From: Dehalococcoidia bacterium
GTDB taxonomy: Bacteria; Chloroflexota; Dehalococcoidia; UBA2979
Assembly: GCA_004297315.1 (NCBI GenBank)
Contig: SCTU01000205.1
Location: forward strand, 1 to 37,386
DNA: 37,386 nt
Reading direction: 5' to 3'
How positions within the stretch are numbered: position 1 is the stretch's first letter; each line of letters starts with the position of its first letter. The notes below the pieces were generated by a model. That model saw nothing but the letters and a program-made list of their open reading frames with translations. It ran no database searches and was not told the DNA's origin. A program made the position numbers and the translations under genes. Positions 1-8,798 of the stretch are shown here, piece by piece.

Positions 1-1374
1 CGATCTCGCGGCCTCCCACTCCAGCCGGGCGTCGTCGACTTCTTCGCGGAGCCGGAGCGCATCGCCGATCAGCCGGCGAGTCCGGGCGATTTCGTAGGGG
101 GCGTCGACCGTCTGCCAGTGAGCCAGACCGCGGCCGAGTTCCTGCAACGCCTGCTCGGGCTCCCCCGCGGCGTTATGGATGGCGCCGCGGGCGCAATGGG
201 CGGCGGCGTGGAGTGCCGGGGAGCCGAAGTCCTCCGCGATGCCGGCCAGTTCTTCCGCCGCTGTCCTCGCGGTCGCGATGTCGCCGGCTGCGAGCGCGAT
301 CTCGACCTGGGCGGGAAGCAAGCGGGCGCGCCTCAGCCGCTCCGGGATCGGTTCCGCGAGCGCACGTCCGATGGAGGACATCGCCGCGTCCACCCTGCCC
401 TGCGCCAGGTAGAGGAGCGCACGGGCGGGCTGCGGCTCGCGGCCGAGGTCCTGCGCCTGCCTCAATGCCTCGTCCGCCGCAGCCAGGTCGCCCATCCGCA
501 ATCGGATCTCGCTCAGGGCGTAGAACCCCTCGGCGGCCTGGTAGAAGGCCTTGTAGGAGAGCAACTCTTCTGAGGCGCGGCGCGCCTCGTCCTCCGCGCT
601 GGTCCATTCACCGCGCAAGGAGAGGATTTCCGCGCGGTGCACGCGGCAGACGCCCGGGAAGCCACTGATCGCCTGCCGCTCACACCAGCGCCGGGCGACC
701 TCGGTCCACTGCCCGGCACGGCGGTAGTCGGCCAGGTCGCGGCAGGTGCTGATGGTGGCGCAGTAGACGACGCCCGTGGCGAACGGCGACAGTTCGCCGC
801 TGACCGCCGCGGCCGTCGCCTCGTCCAGCAGCAGCAGGCCTTCCTTCAACTCGCCGCCGCGCACAAGGGCCATCCCGCGGAAAACCAGCCCGAAGCCCTG
901 CAGGTCCTTGTCGCCGAAGCGGCTGCCGATGTCGACGGCGCGTCCGGCGAGTTCCGCAGCGCGCACGAAGTCGCCTCCGCCCATGGCCTCTTCTGACTCG
1001 AACAGCACCAGGTAGCCGTGGGCGAAGCTCTCGGGCTCCTCGTTCAGGATCCGCGCAGCCCGGGCGCGCCACGCCTGCGCGACGACGTCGGACAGGTGCG
1101 ACTGGTGGTCCTTCGCCGCCAGCAGCGCCATGTAGGCAGCGCGGACGCGATCACCCTCAGCGAGGTACGCGGCGAAGGCGCGTTCACGGGCGGAAACTGA
1201 TGCATCGGGCTCAGCAGCCCACCACCCCATCGTGCCCAGCAGTTCCAGACCGGCCGCGCCGAGTTGGCCCTTCGCATCGAGTGCTGCGAGCAAGCCGTAG
1301 GCTTCCGGCCACGCGTGCCTGTCTGCCGCCTGCTGCGCCGCCGCCAACTGGTCGACCGTCCGGGATTCCATCAT
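1..1374 (-). CDS. TPR-like helical-repeat regulator (possibly LuxR-family sensor region). Only the N-terminal 458 codons are present; the 3' end lies beyond the window
   Basis: My translation of the third minus frame is open from ATGATG at 1374-1369 to position 1 (MMESRTVDQLAAAQQAADRHAWPEAYGLLAALDAKGQL ... RLIGDALRLREEVDDARLEWEAARS). It is missing from the ORF track because its stop is outside the window, and no other ORF over 160 aa covers this region. The Ala/Leu/Arg-rich amphipathic repeats resemble TPR-type regulator domains. No DNA-binding domain is visible. Confidence 0.5.
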   Translation of the reverse strand, partial: MMESRTVDQLAAAQQAADRHAWPEAYGLLAALDAKGQLGAAGLELLGTMGWWAAEPDASVSARERAFAAYLAEGDRVRAAYMALLAAKDHQSHLSDVVAQAWRARAARILNEEPESFAHGYLVLFESEEAMGGGDFVRAAELAGRAVDIGSRFGDKDLQGFGLVFRGMALVRGGELKEGLLLLDEATAAAVSGELSPFATGVVYCATISTCRDLADYRRAGQWTEVARRWCERQAISGFPGVCRVHRAEILSLRGEWTSAEDEARRASEELLSYKAFYQAAEGFYALSEIRLRMGDLAAADEALRQAQDLGREPQPARALLYLAQGRVDAAMSSIGRALAEPIPERLRRARLLPAQVEIALAAGDIATARTAAEELAGIAEDFGSPALHAAAHCARGAIHNAAGEPEQALQELGRGLAHWQTVDAPYEIARTRRLIGDALRLREEVDDARLEWEAARS

Positions 1375-1725
1375 GTGGTACCCGTCAGTGGCTGATGTTG
1401 CGTAAGGGACACGAATCCTAGTCCGTTCCCCTTCGCTTCGGTAGCCCCGGGATTGGTCATGACCAAGCATGCCTCCGCATTCCGATCTGTGAAGACCTGC
1501 CTCGGGCTTGCGGCGCACTCGTGGCGGACGTGAAGGTCCGGTACAGGTGTTCATCGTCATGAAGGTGGCGCTTGTCACTCACCCATCGCCTGCCCAACAC
1601 GCTTTGGACGGCCATTCGTGCATGCACGTGTGTGGAGAGGGATTGCGACTCGAAGTGATCCGCGCGGGGCGCCGGAGCGGGCATTTCGGGGCGAATCTGA
1701 GGGCGGACGAGCACTCACAGCGCTG

Positions 1726-1739
1726 AGAACACATGTTCT
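1726..1739. promoter_or_regulatory. LexA operator (Cheo-type SOS box) AGAAC-ACAT-GTTCT
   Basis: Perfect GAAC-N4-GTTC dyad with flanking A/T, 30 nt upstream of the imuB ATG at 1769. GAAC-N4-GTTC is the established LexA box of Gram-positive and Chloroflexi-type lineages, and imuB-dnaE2 cassettes are classical SOS genes. Confidence 0.75.
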
Positions 1740-1768
1740 GGTACCATCCCTCCGCGGGGAGAACCGAG

Positions 1769-2989
1769 ATGTCCACAGCCAGCCTTGCTGTCCAATCCCG
1801 CGCCATTGCCTGCCTAGCGATCCCGTCGCTCGCCTTCGCGTGCGAGATGGCCGGGCGGCCGGCACTCGCAGGGTCGCCGGTCGCCCTGAGTGACGAGGCC
1901 CGTGCGCGGGTCGTCGAGGTCACGCCGGAGGCACGGCAGCACGGGGTGCGCGCGGGGATGACGCTTCTGGACGCGGTCGGGCTGTGCCCCATGCTCACTG
2001 TCCTCGGACCACGCCCCGCGCTCGTCGCCGGGATCGCCGAGGCGCTGGTCGAAGCGATGGGCGCGGTCAGCCCGCTGGTGGAGGAGGCAGAGCCGGGTAC
2101 TGTCTTCGCCGACCTGCGCGGCACGGAAGGGCTCTACCCCGGCCTGGAGCAGTTACGGGACGCGGTCTTCGCGGGCGTCCCGGACGGGCTCCGCCCGCAA
2201 CTCGGCGTCGCCGGGCACCGTTTCACCGCCTGGGTCGCGGCGTCGCGCACCGGACCGGGCACGCTCCAGCACGTCCCCATCGAGGAAGCCGCCGCTTTTC
2301 TTGCGCCTCGCGCCGTCTCCTGGCTCCCGCTCGACCCCGAGGCCGTCGCGCGACTGCGGCTGCTCGGGATCGCGACGTGCGGCCAGTTCGCGGCGCTCCC
2401 ACGTCATGCCGTCGAGGCGCAGTTCGGCATTGCGGGCGGCCTCGCCTGGCTTGCCGCGCGTGGCGAGGACGCGACGCCGGTACGCCCTCGTCCGTGGGAG
2501 CAGGAGCGTGTCGTCGAGGTGGTCGAGGCAGAGCCGCCGATCGTGAGCCGTGAGGCGACCCTGCACGCGCTCGACCAGATGCTCGGCCGCGCGCTGCGCC
2601 AGCCGCGGGCGATGCACCGCTTTGTACGCCTCGTCCGGCTGCGCGCCGAGGGTGAGCGGGGCGGGCTCTGGGAACGCCACCAGGTGCTGCGCGAGCCGCT
2701 GGGCGAGCGCACCCGGTTGTGGACGATGGTGCGCGCCGCCATCGAGGGGGCTGAGTTGCCGGGTGCGCTCACCCGCATCTCCCTCGAGCTCGGCGGGCTC
2801 ACCGCAGAGAGCGGGCGGCAACACAGCTTGTTTGATAGCGAGCGGACGCGGCGGCGCGAGGAACTCGACGAGATGGTGCGCCATCTGAAAGTCCGCTTCG
2901 GCCAGTCACCACTCGCCCGCGTCGTCGAGGTGGAGCCGTGGCACCGGCTGCCGGAGCGGCGGCGCGCGCTGTTGGAGTACGACCCGTGA
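1769..2989 (+). CDS. imuB: ImuB-like Y-family DNA polymerase (mutasome accessory subunit)
   Basis: ORF 1733-2989. I prefer the ATG at 1769 (MSTASLAVQSRAIACLAIPSL...) because GGGGAG lies 7 nt upstream and the 1733 ATG sits inside the LexA box. The N-terminus (ACLAIPSLAFACEMAGRPALAGSPVAL...ARQHGVRAGMTL) is typical of ImuB/DinB-like proteins. The gene lies directly upstream of dnaE2. Confidence 0.8.
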   Translation: MSTASLAVQSRAIACLAIPSLAFACEMAGRPALAGSPVALSDEARARVVEVTPEARQHGVRAGMTLLDAVGLCPMLTVLGPRPALVAGIAEALVEAMGAVSPLVEEAEPGTVFADLRGTEGLYPGLEQLRDAVFAGVPDGLRPQLGVAGHRFTAWVAASRTGPGTLQHVPIEEAAAFLAPRAVSWLPLDPEAVARLRLLGIATCGQFAALPRHAVEAQFGIAGGLAWLAARGEDATPVRPRPWEQERVVEVVEAEPPIVSREATLHALDQMLGRALRQPRAMHRFVRLVRLRAEGERGGLWERHQVLREPLGERTRLWTMVRAAIEGAELPGALTRISLELGGLTAESGRQHSLFDSERTRRREELDEMVRHLKVRFGQSPLARVVEVEPWHRLPERRRALLEYDP

Positions 2990-3288
2990 GCCGCCCGCCC
3001 CAGACCCCGTCCAGTACCTCCCTGCGCCCCATCGGCCTTCCACGCCCGATCGAGGTGCGTGCAGACGGCGACGGCCGGCCGGTCGCCCTCACCCGGACCG
3101 GCACGCGCGGACGACGCGCGGCCGAGACTCCGGTCGAGAGCGTCGAGGAGGTCTGGCGGATTGCCGAGGCATGGTGGCGAGAGGCGCCGCAGGCACGCAC
3201 CTACTACCGCGTCGTCCTCGCGGACGGCCGGCCGCTCTCGATCTTCTACGACGATGCGCTCGGCACCTGGTCCGAGCAGCCGTACTGA
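2986..3288 (+). CDS. Small conserved-looking protein between imuB and dnaE2 (100 aa, WW-x-E...R-x-YYR motif). From memory it resembles ImuB C-terminal or DUF6504-type sequences
   Basis: Same frame as track ORF 2938-3288. The GTG at 2986 overlaps the imuB stop (GTGA), indicating translational coupling. The C-terminal half (VEEVWRIAEAWWREAPQARTYYRVVLADGRPLSIFYDDALGTWSEQPY) has non-random, protein-like composition. It ends 14 nt before the dnaE2 start. Confidence 0.55.
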   Translation: MSRPPQTPSSTSLRPIGLPRPIEVRADGDGRPVALTRTGTRGRRAAETPVESVEEVWRIAEAWWREAPQARTYYRVVLADGRPLSIFYDDALGTWSEQPY

Positions 3289-3302
3289 GCCGGAGGACAG
3301 CG

Positions 3303-6300
3303 ATGCCGCACCCGCCCGAGACGTCATGGGCCGCGTTTGAGGCACAGCGTCGCGTGCAGGAAGCAGCGGTCGCGCCGGACACTCCACGCTCCACCGCGCC
3401 GCGCGGACGGACGCCGACCGTGCCTTCCTCCGTCCTCGATGACGTGCCTTATGTCGAACTGCACGCGCACAGCCACTATTCCCTGCTGGAGGGCGCTTCG
3501 AGCATCGACGAGATGGTGTTCGAGGCGGTGCGCCAGGGGCACCGGGCGCTCGCCCTCACCGACCACGAGGCGATGTACGGCTCGATGGCGTTCGCGCAGG
3601 CGGCGCGGGAGGCCGGCCTCCGCCCGATCACCGGCCTCGAACTCACCGTGGAAGAGGCGGACGGCAGGCGGTCGCACCTGACGCTGCTCGCGGAGACGCG
3701 CGAGGGGTACGCCCACCTCTGCCGGCTCTCCAGCCTTGCGTACGGGCTGCTTGAAGCGGGACAGGAGGATCGCGAGGCGCGCCGGCTGGATCCGGTGCTG
3801 CCGGTCGCCGCACTCCAGGCGCACGCGGGCGGCCTCATCCTGCTCACCGGCTGCCGCGAAGGGCTCGTCCCGCGTCTCGTCGCGGAGGGACGCACGGCCG
3901 AGGCGGAGACGGCGCTGCGCCGCTGGGTGGAGTGGTTCGGGAGCGAGGACGTCTTCGTCGAACTCCAGGACAACCTCGTCTTCGGCGACCAGCCGCGAAA
4001 CTACGCGCTGGTCGCCCTGGCCGAGCGCGTCGGGGTGGGCGTGGCCGGCACGGGCGACGTCCACTACCACGAGCCGGACCGTCACCGGCTCCAGGACGTG
4101 CTGGTCGCGATCCGGCACCGGAAGACACTCGACGAGTCCCACCGTGAGCGCCGCCCGAACGGGGAGTTCTACCTCCGTCCTCCGGAGGAACAAGCGCGGC
4201 GCTTCCGTCAGTACCACCCGGAAGCCGCCGCGAACACCGTGCGGATCGCGCGCCGCTGCGCCTTCGACCTCACGCAGGACCTCGGCTATTCGCTGCCGTC
4301 TCCGCCCGTGCCTGAGGGCAAGACGCCGCTCGCGCACCTGGAACGGCTCTGCCGCGAGCGGATCGGCCGGAAGTATCCGCAGCCCGCCCAGCGCCGCCTG
4401 GCCGAGGAGCGGCTGGCCGAGGAACTACGGTTGGTCGGGATGCACGACCTCGCCGGGTTCTTCCTCGTCTACCACGAGATCATGGAACTTGCGACGCAGG
4501 TGGCGGCGGAGGTGCGCGGTCCCAGCCGGGCACGCTCCGTGACGGAACTACCGCCCGGCCGTGGCCGCGGCTCCTCCGTCTCTTCGATCATCTGCTACCT
4601 GATCGGGCTCTCCCACATCGACCCGGTGAAGAACCACCTCTTTATCCGTCGCTTCCTGAATGAGGAGATGCACTCGCTTCCCGACATCGACCTCGACTTC
4701 CCGCGTGACATCCGGGCGGCGCTGATCAAGCGCGTTTACGAACGGTGGGGACGGGACCGCGCTGCCCTCGTCGCCATCTTCCCGACCTACCGCATCCGCA
4801 GCGCCGTGCGCGACGTGGGCAAGGCGCTCGGGCTCCCCGAGGTGGAGGTGGACCGGCTCGCCAAACGGGCCCACCCGTACGACCGCGCCTCGCAGGCGGG
4901 CGAGGAGATCCGCCGCCAGCACGGCGAAGGCGCGCAGGACCTCGGCTGGCGGCATCTCGAAGAGATGTCGAGGCAACTCGCCGGGTTCCCGCGCCATCTG
5001 TCGCAGCATGTCGGAGGGATGGTGATCTCCTCGCACCCGCTGATCGACTGCGTCCCGTGCCAGCCTGCCGCCTGGCCGAACCGCTACCTCTGTCACTGGG
5101 ACAAGGACAGCGTCGACGACGCGCGGATGGTGAAGATCGACTTCCTCGGCCTCGGCATGCTGTCTGCGGTCGAGGAGTGCGTGGACCTGATCGAGCGCCA
5201 CCGCGGCCACGTGGTCGACCTCTCCCGCATCCCGATGGACGAGGCCGAGGTGTACGACGGCATCTGCGAGGGCGACACGGTCGGGGTCTTCCAGATCGAG
5301 TCGCGTGCGCAGATCGCGATGCTGCCGCGCACCCAGCCGCGCAACCTCGACGACCTCGCGGTCCAGGTCTCGATCGTGCGGCCGGGGCCGATCGTGGGCG
5401 GCGCGGTGAACCCGTACGTCCGCCGGCGCGAGCGGCAACGCGAGGACCCCGCCTACCGCCCGGAGATGCCGCACCCGCTGGTCGCGGAGGTGCTGGAGGA
5501 GACGCTGGGCGTCGTCATCTTCCAAGAGCAGGTGCTCCAGGTCTGCGAACGGATGGGCGGCTTCACCCCCGGCGAGGCGGACGCCTTCCGCCGCGCAATG
5601 TCACGCCGCCGCTCCGAGGAGGCAATGGCTGCCTACCGCTCGCGCTTCCTCGACGGCGCGCGGGAGCGCCAGGTGCCGGACGCCGTAGCGGAGCGGATGT
5701 TCGAGGCGCTGATGGGGTTCGCGGAGTTCGGCTTCCCGAAGTCGCATGGCACAGCGTTTGCACTGCTCGCCTACCAGTCCACCTGGCTAAAGCGGCACTA
5801 CGCCCCCGAGTTCATCACCGCGCTCTTCAACGCCCAGCCGATGGGCTTCTATCCGCCGCACGTCCTGACCAACGACGCGAAACGGCACGGCGTGGAGGTA
5901 CGGCGCCCCGAGATCAACACGAGCGGCGCCGTCTGCACCGTCGAGCCGGACGCCGTGCGCGTCGGCCTCGGCTACGTGAAGGGCGTGGGCGAGGCAGGCG
6001 CGACACGGATCGAGGCCGAACGGAAACGCGGCGGCGACTACTGTTCGCTCTTCGACTTCGTCCAGCGCACGGGGCTTTCGCAGGAGGTGACGACGAACCT
6101 GATCGAGGTGGGCGCGTTCGACGTCTTCGGGCTCAACCGCCGTGAACTGATCTGGCAGTTGGGACTCTTCGCGGGCGGCTTCCAGCAAGCGGTACTGCGC
6201 CGCCCGCGCGACCGCCAGTTACGGCTCGACCTCCCAACCGTGCAGGACGAGGTCGCACTCGTCGACTTCGACGCGTTCGAGCGGATGGCCTCCGACTACG

Positions 6301-6689
6301 CCGTGCTGCGGCTCTCGCCGGACAGCCATCCGATGCAGTTCCTGCGCCCGCGTCTCGGGGAAGGCGTGGCCTCCAGCCTCCACCTCCGCACGATGGGCGC
6401 CGGCACCCGTGTCGACGTCGCCGGGCTCGTCGTCTGCCGCCAGCAGCCGCTCACCGCGCGCGGGATCATCTTCCTGTTGCTGGAGGACGAGTTCGGTCTG
6501 GTGAACGTCCTCGTCAACCGTGACCTGGTGGCCAGCGAGCGCGACGTGATCCGCACCGCCCCGTTCGTACGGGTGCGCGGCCTGCTGGAGAAGCGTGCCG
6601 GCGAGCAGCGGACGCTTGTCGCGGAGGACGTAGCGCAGTTGTTCCCCCACGAGGTGCTGGCGATGCCGCGGGGAAAGGAATTCGCCTAG
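3303..6689 (+). CDS. dnaE2: Error-prone DNA polymerase III alpha subunit DnaE2
   Basis: ORF 3171-6689. I prefer the in-frame ATG at 3303, with GGAGGA 5 nt upstream and no overlap with the small ORF. It has the PHP motif YVELHAHSHYSLLEGAS, a pol III alpha core (GRGSSVSSIICYLIGLSHIDP, DIDLDF, FQIESR), and a C-terminal OB-like region. Its roughly 1130 aa length and pairing with imuB fit DnaE2 rather than the replicative DnaE1. Confidence 0.9.
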   Translation: MPHPPETSWAAFEAQRRVQEAAVAPDTPRSTAPRGRTPTVPSSVLDDVPYVELHAHSHYSLLEGASSIDEMVFEAVRQGHRALALTDHEAMYGSMAFAQAAREAGLRPITGLELTVEEADGRRSHLTLLAETREGYAHLCRLSSLAYGLLEAGQEDREARRLDPVLPVAALQAHAGGLILLTGCREGLVPRLVAEGRTAEAETALRRWVEWFGSEDVFVELQDNLVFGDQPRNYALVALAERVGVGVAGTGDVHYHEPDRHRLQDVLVAIRHRKTLDESHRERRPNGEFYLRPPEEQARRFRQYHPEAAANTVRIARRCAFDLTQDLGYSLPSPPVPEGKTPLAHLERLCRERIGRKYPQPAQRRLAEERLAEELRLVGMHDLAGFFLVYHEIMELATQVAAEVRGPSRARSVTELPPGRGRGSSVSSIICYLIGLSHIDPVKNHLFIRRFLNEEMHSLPDIDLDFPRDIRAALIKRVYERWGRDRAALVAIFPTYRIRSAVRDVGKALGLPEVEVDRLAKRAHPYDRASQAGEEIRRQHGEGAQDLGWRHLEEMSRQLAGFPRHLSQHVGGMVISSHPLIDCVPCQPAAWPNRYLCHWDKDSVDDARMVKIDFLGLGMLSAVEECVDLIERHRGHVVDLSRIPMDEAEVYDGICEGDTVGVFQIESRAQIAMLPRTQPRNLDDLAVQVSIVRPGPIVGGAVNPYVRRRERQREDPAYRPEMPHPLVAEVLEETLGVVIFQEQVLQVCERMGGFTPGEADAFRRAMSRRRSEEAMAAYRSRFLDGARERQVPDAVAERMFEALMGFAEFGFPKSHGTAFALLAYQSTWLKRHYAPEFITALFNAQPMGFYPPHVLTNDAKRHGVEVRRPEINTSGAVCTVEPDAVRVGLGYVKGVGEAGATRIEAERKRGGDYCSLFDFVQRTGLSQEVTTNLIEVGAFDVFGLNRRELIWQLGLFAGGFQQAVLRRPRDRQLRLDLPTVQDEVALVDFDAFERMASDYAVLRLSPDSHPMQFLRPRLGEGVASSLHLRTMGAGTRVDVAGLVVCRQQPLTARGIIFLLLEDEFGLVNVLVNRDLVASERDVIRTAPFVRVRGLLEKRAGEQRTLVAEDVAQLFPHEVLAMPRGKEFA

Positions 6690-6738
6690 CGTGGCCGTCC
6701 GGGCTCGCGGCGTCGATGTCGGACGCACCGCCGCGCGG

Positions 6739-7806
6739 TCAGGCGCTTCGGTTCCAGGCCAGCGAGAGCGTCATCGCGGCGAGGGCCAGTAGTGCGCCTG
6801 CTGCGGCGAACCCGAAGCTGATTTCAACATGCCGCTTCTGGAGCACGAACTCCTTCGGGAGATCGCGGAAGACCCCGACGAGTTGTTCCGCGTCTTCCGC
6901 ACGGTGATACGTGCCGCCGGTGAGGTCTGCGATTGACTGCAACGTCCTCTCGTCGATCCGGAGGATCGACCGCGGCGGACCGTCGGCGCCGTTGCGTCCG
7001 CTGCCCGGGCCTCCGAACTGGCCTCCGAAGGCGTCGCTCCCCAACTGCGCGCGCGAGCAGGAGAGCGGCGCGGGCGTGGTGGTGCCGAATCCGACCGAGT
7101 AGACACGGAGGTGCCGGTCGGCCGCCTCCTGCGCGGCCCTGAGCGGCGCGACGCCCTGCGTCGTCGCACCGTCAGTGAGCAGCACGACAATGTCCGGCTC
7201 GTAGGCACCCTGGGGCAACGCAGGGAGAGACGCCAGACCGAGGTCGTCGATGCGCGGCACATTCGGGTTGACGCTCGCAATCGCGTCGACGGAGCGCAGT
7301 AGCGCCGTGCCGATGGCGGTGCCCCGTCCGGCCTTGAGGCCGTCGATCGCCTCGATAAGCGCCTGACGGTCGGTCGTGGGCGGGACGAGGAGTTGCGCGC
7401 CACCCGAGAACGCGACGATGCCGATACGCGTCCCCTGCGGCTGGTCCGCGACGAACGTACGGGCCACCTCCTGCGCCACAGCCAGGCGGTTCGGGGCGAC
7501 GTCGGTCGAGCACATGGAGCGCGACACGTCGAGCGCAAGGATGATCGTGGTGCGGCTGGTCGGCACCATGACCACCGCCTGCGGGCGTGCCGCGGCCACA
7601 CCGAGGCTCAACAACGAGAGCAGGAGGAGCGCGAACGGCACCCATCTCCGCCAGCGGGTGCGTTTCGGCAGCGCCTCCCGCACCAGCAGGAGGCTCGCGT
7701 AGCGCACCGCAAAGCGGCGGCGACGACGGAGCATCAGGAGGTAGAACGCCACCAGCAGGGGCGCCAGCAGGGCCAGTGACAGCGCGTATGGCCACTCGAA
7801 GGTCAT
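6739..7806 (-). CDS. VWA domain membrane protein (BatB-like)
   Basis: ORF 6739-7830. I prefer the ATG at 7806 (MTFEWPYALSLALLAPLL), with GGGAGGG upstream and 2 nt after the preceding stop. It has N-terminal TM helices, the MIDAS motif LALDVSRSM, and a C-terminal TM helix. Confidence 0.85.
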   Translation of the reverse strand: MTFEWPYALSLALLAPLLVAFYLLMLRRRRRFAVRYASLLLVREALPKRTRWRRWVPFALLLLSLLSLGVAAARPQAVVMVPTSRTTIILALDVSRSMCSTDVAPNRLAVAQEVARTFVADQPQGTRIGIVAFSGGAQLLVPPTTDRQALIEAIDGLKAGRGTAIGTALLRSVDAIASVNPNVPRIDDLGLASLPALPQGAYEPDIVVLLTDGATTQGVAPLRAAQEAADRHLRVYSVGFGTTTPAPLSCSRAQLGSDAFGGQFGGPGSGRNGADGPPRSILRIDERTLQSIADLTGGTYHRAEDAEQLVGVFRDLPKEFVLQKRHVEISFGFAAAGALLALAAMTLSLAWNRSA

Positions 7807-7808
7807 GC

Positions 7809-8798
7809 CTATGGCACCCTCCCGAACCACTGGACCGTCAACATCGAACCCACGACCAGCAACAGCATGGCAACCCCCGCGAACACCGAGGTGACTTCGG
7901 TGGCCTCTCCACTCGTCGTGAGCTTGAGGTCGATCCTCTTGTAGGTGTCCACGAGCTGTTCTTCGTCCTCGGCACGGAGATAGACGCCGTCGGTCGCGTC
8001 CGCGATCTCCTTCAGAAGCGGCTCGTTCAATGCCGTCGCGATCTGATAGCCGTCCACCGTCAGGATCGCGCCCTCCGGCCGTCCGAGGCCGATCGGGAAC
8101 ACGCGGACGCCGGCATTGGCTGCGACCTCCGCCACGTCGAGCGGGTTGACCCGCGACGTGTGCTCGCCGTCGGACAGCATGACGATCACGGCAGAACCGA
8201 AATATCCGATGTCGAGCGAGAGCAGGTCTTCCTCGGATACGCCTTCGGGGATCGTGAGCGCCTTCCCCGCGATCGCGCCGAGCGACGCGAACATCCCCTC
8301 ACTCAGCGAGGTCCCGCCCTGGACGGAGAGCCGGTCGATCGCGGTCAGGACGTCTTGCTGCACGTCGGTCGGTTGGAGCATGACGAACGCGTTGTCGCTG
8401 AAGGCGACAACGCCGATCTTCACCGTGGACGGCTGCTTGCGGACAAACGCGGTCGCCGCCTGCTTCGCGGCCTCCATCCGTGACGGCTTGAGATCGTCCG
8501 CCTTCATGCTCGTCGAGACATCGAACGCGAGGATGACCGTGCCCTCGAGGTGGGGGATTGCCATGACGACGTTCGGACGCGCCAGCGACAGGAGGAGGAG
8601 TGCGATCGCGACGGCGAAGATGAGCGGCGGCACATGGCGACGGGACAGGAGGCGCCCCCGTGACCTCCCCTCGGTCACCTGCAACCCGAACTGTGCCGCG
8701 GCCGCGCTCCGGCGCCGGACGAGGTGCAGGTATGCCGTCACCAGGAGCGGCACGATCAACAGCGAAAGCAACATCGGAGGCCAGGCGAAGGAGATCAA
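7809..8798 (-). CDS. VWA domain membrane protein (BatA-like)
   Basis: The TTG start at 8798 overlaps the DUF58 stop (TTGA). The N-terminus is MISFAWPPMLLSLLIVPLL, the MIDAS motif is LAFDVSTSM, and there is a C-terminal TM helix. Confidence 0.85.
   Translation of the reverse strand: MISFAWPPMLLSLLIVPLLVTAYLHLVRRRSAAAAQFGLQVTEGRSRGRLLSRRHVPPLIFAVAIALLLLSLARPNVVMAIPHLEGTVILAFDVSTSMKADDLKPSRMEAAKQAATAFVRKQPSTVKIGVVAFSDNAFVMLQPTDVQQDVLTAIDRLSVQGGTSLSEGMFASLGAIAGKALTIPEGVSEEDLLSLDIGYFGSAVIVMLSDGEHTSRVNPLDVAEVAANAGVRVFPIGLGRPEGAILTVDGYQIATALNEPLLKEIADATDGVYLRAEDEEQLVDTYKRIDLKLTTSGEATEVTSVFAGVAMLLLVVGSMLTVQWFGRVP

Noticed and set aside
1559-1726. 55-aa ORF (MKVALVTHPSPAQHALDGHSCMHVCGEGL...) between the TPR-regulator gene and imuB, considered as a possible ImuA substitute.
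   Set aside because: I recognise no motif, the SD is weak, it is far shorter than ImuA, and the composition is not convincing. It is noted only because an imperfect SOS-like dyad precedes it.
1733-1768. ATG at 1733 as the imuB start.
   Set aside because: This ATG is the centre of the LexA dyad and has no SD. The ATG at 1769 has GGGGAG at the right spacing.
3171-3302. Upstream extension of dnaE2 to the track start at 3171.
   Set aside because: It would overlap the small coupled ORF by 118 nt and add an Arg-rich leader. The in-frame ATG at 3303 has a GGAGGA SD and starts right after the small ORF stop.
2404-3387. Long antisense or alternate-frame ORFs across the window. Examples: 2404-3387(-), 3324-4337(-), 4548-5525(-), 4745-6145(+), 12806-13816(-), 20785-21633(-), 21430-22497(+), 33893-34912(-), 33952-34920(+), 34954-36132(+).
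   Set aside because: Their translations are Arg/Pro/Ala/Gly-rich low-complexity strings with no motifs. They overlap genes that have clear family signatures on another frame. Open shadow frames like these are expected in very GC-rich DNA.
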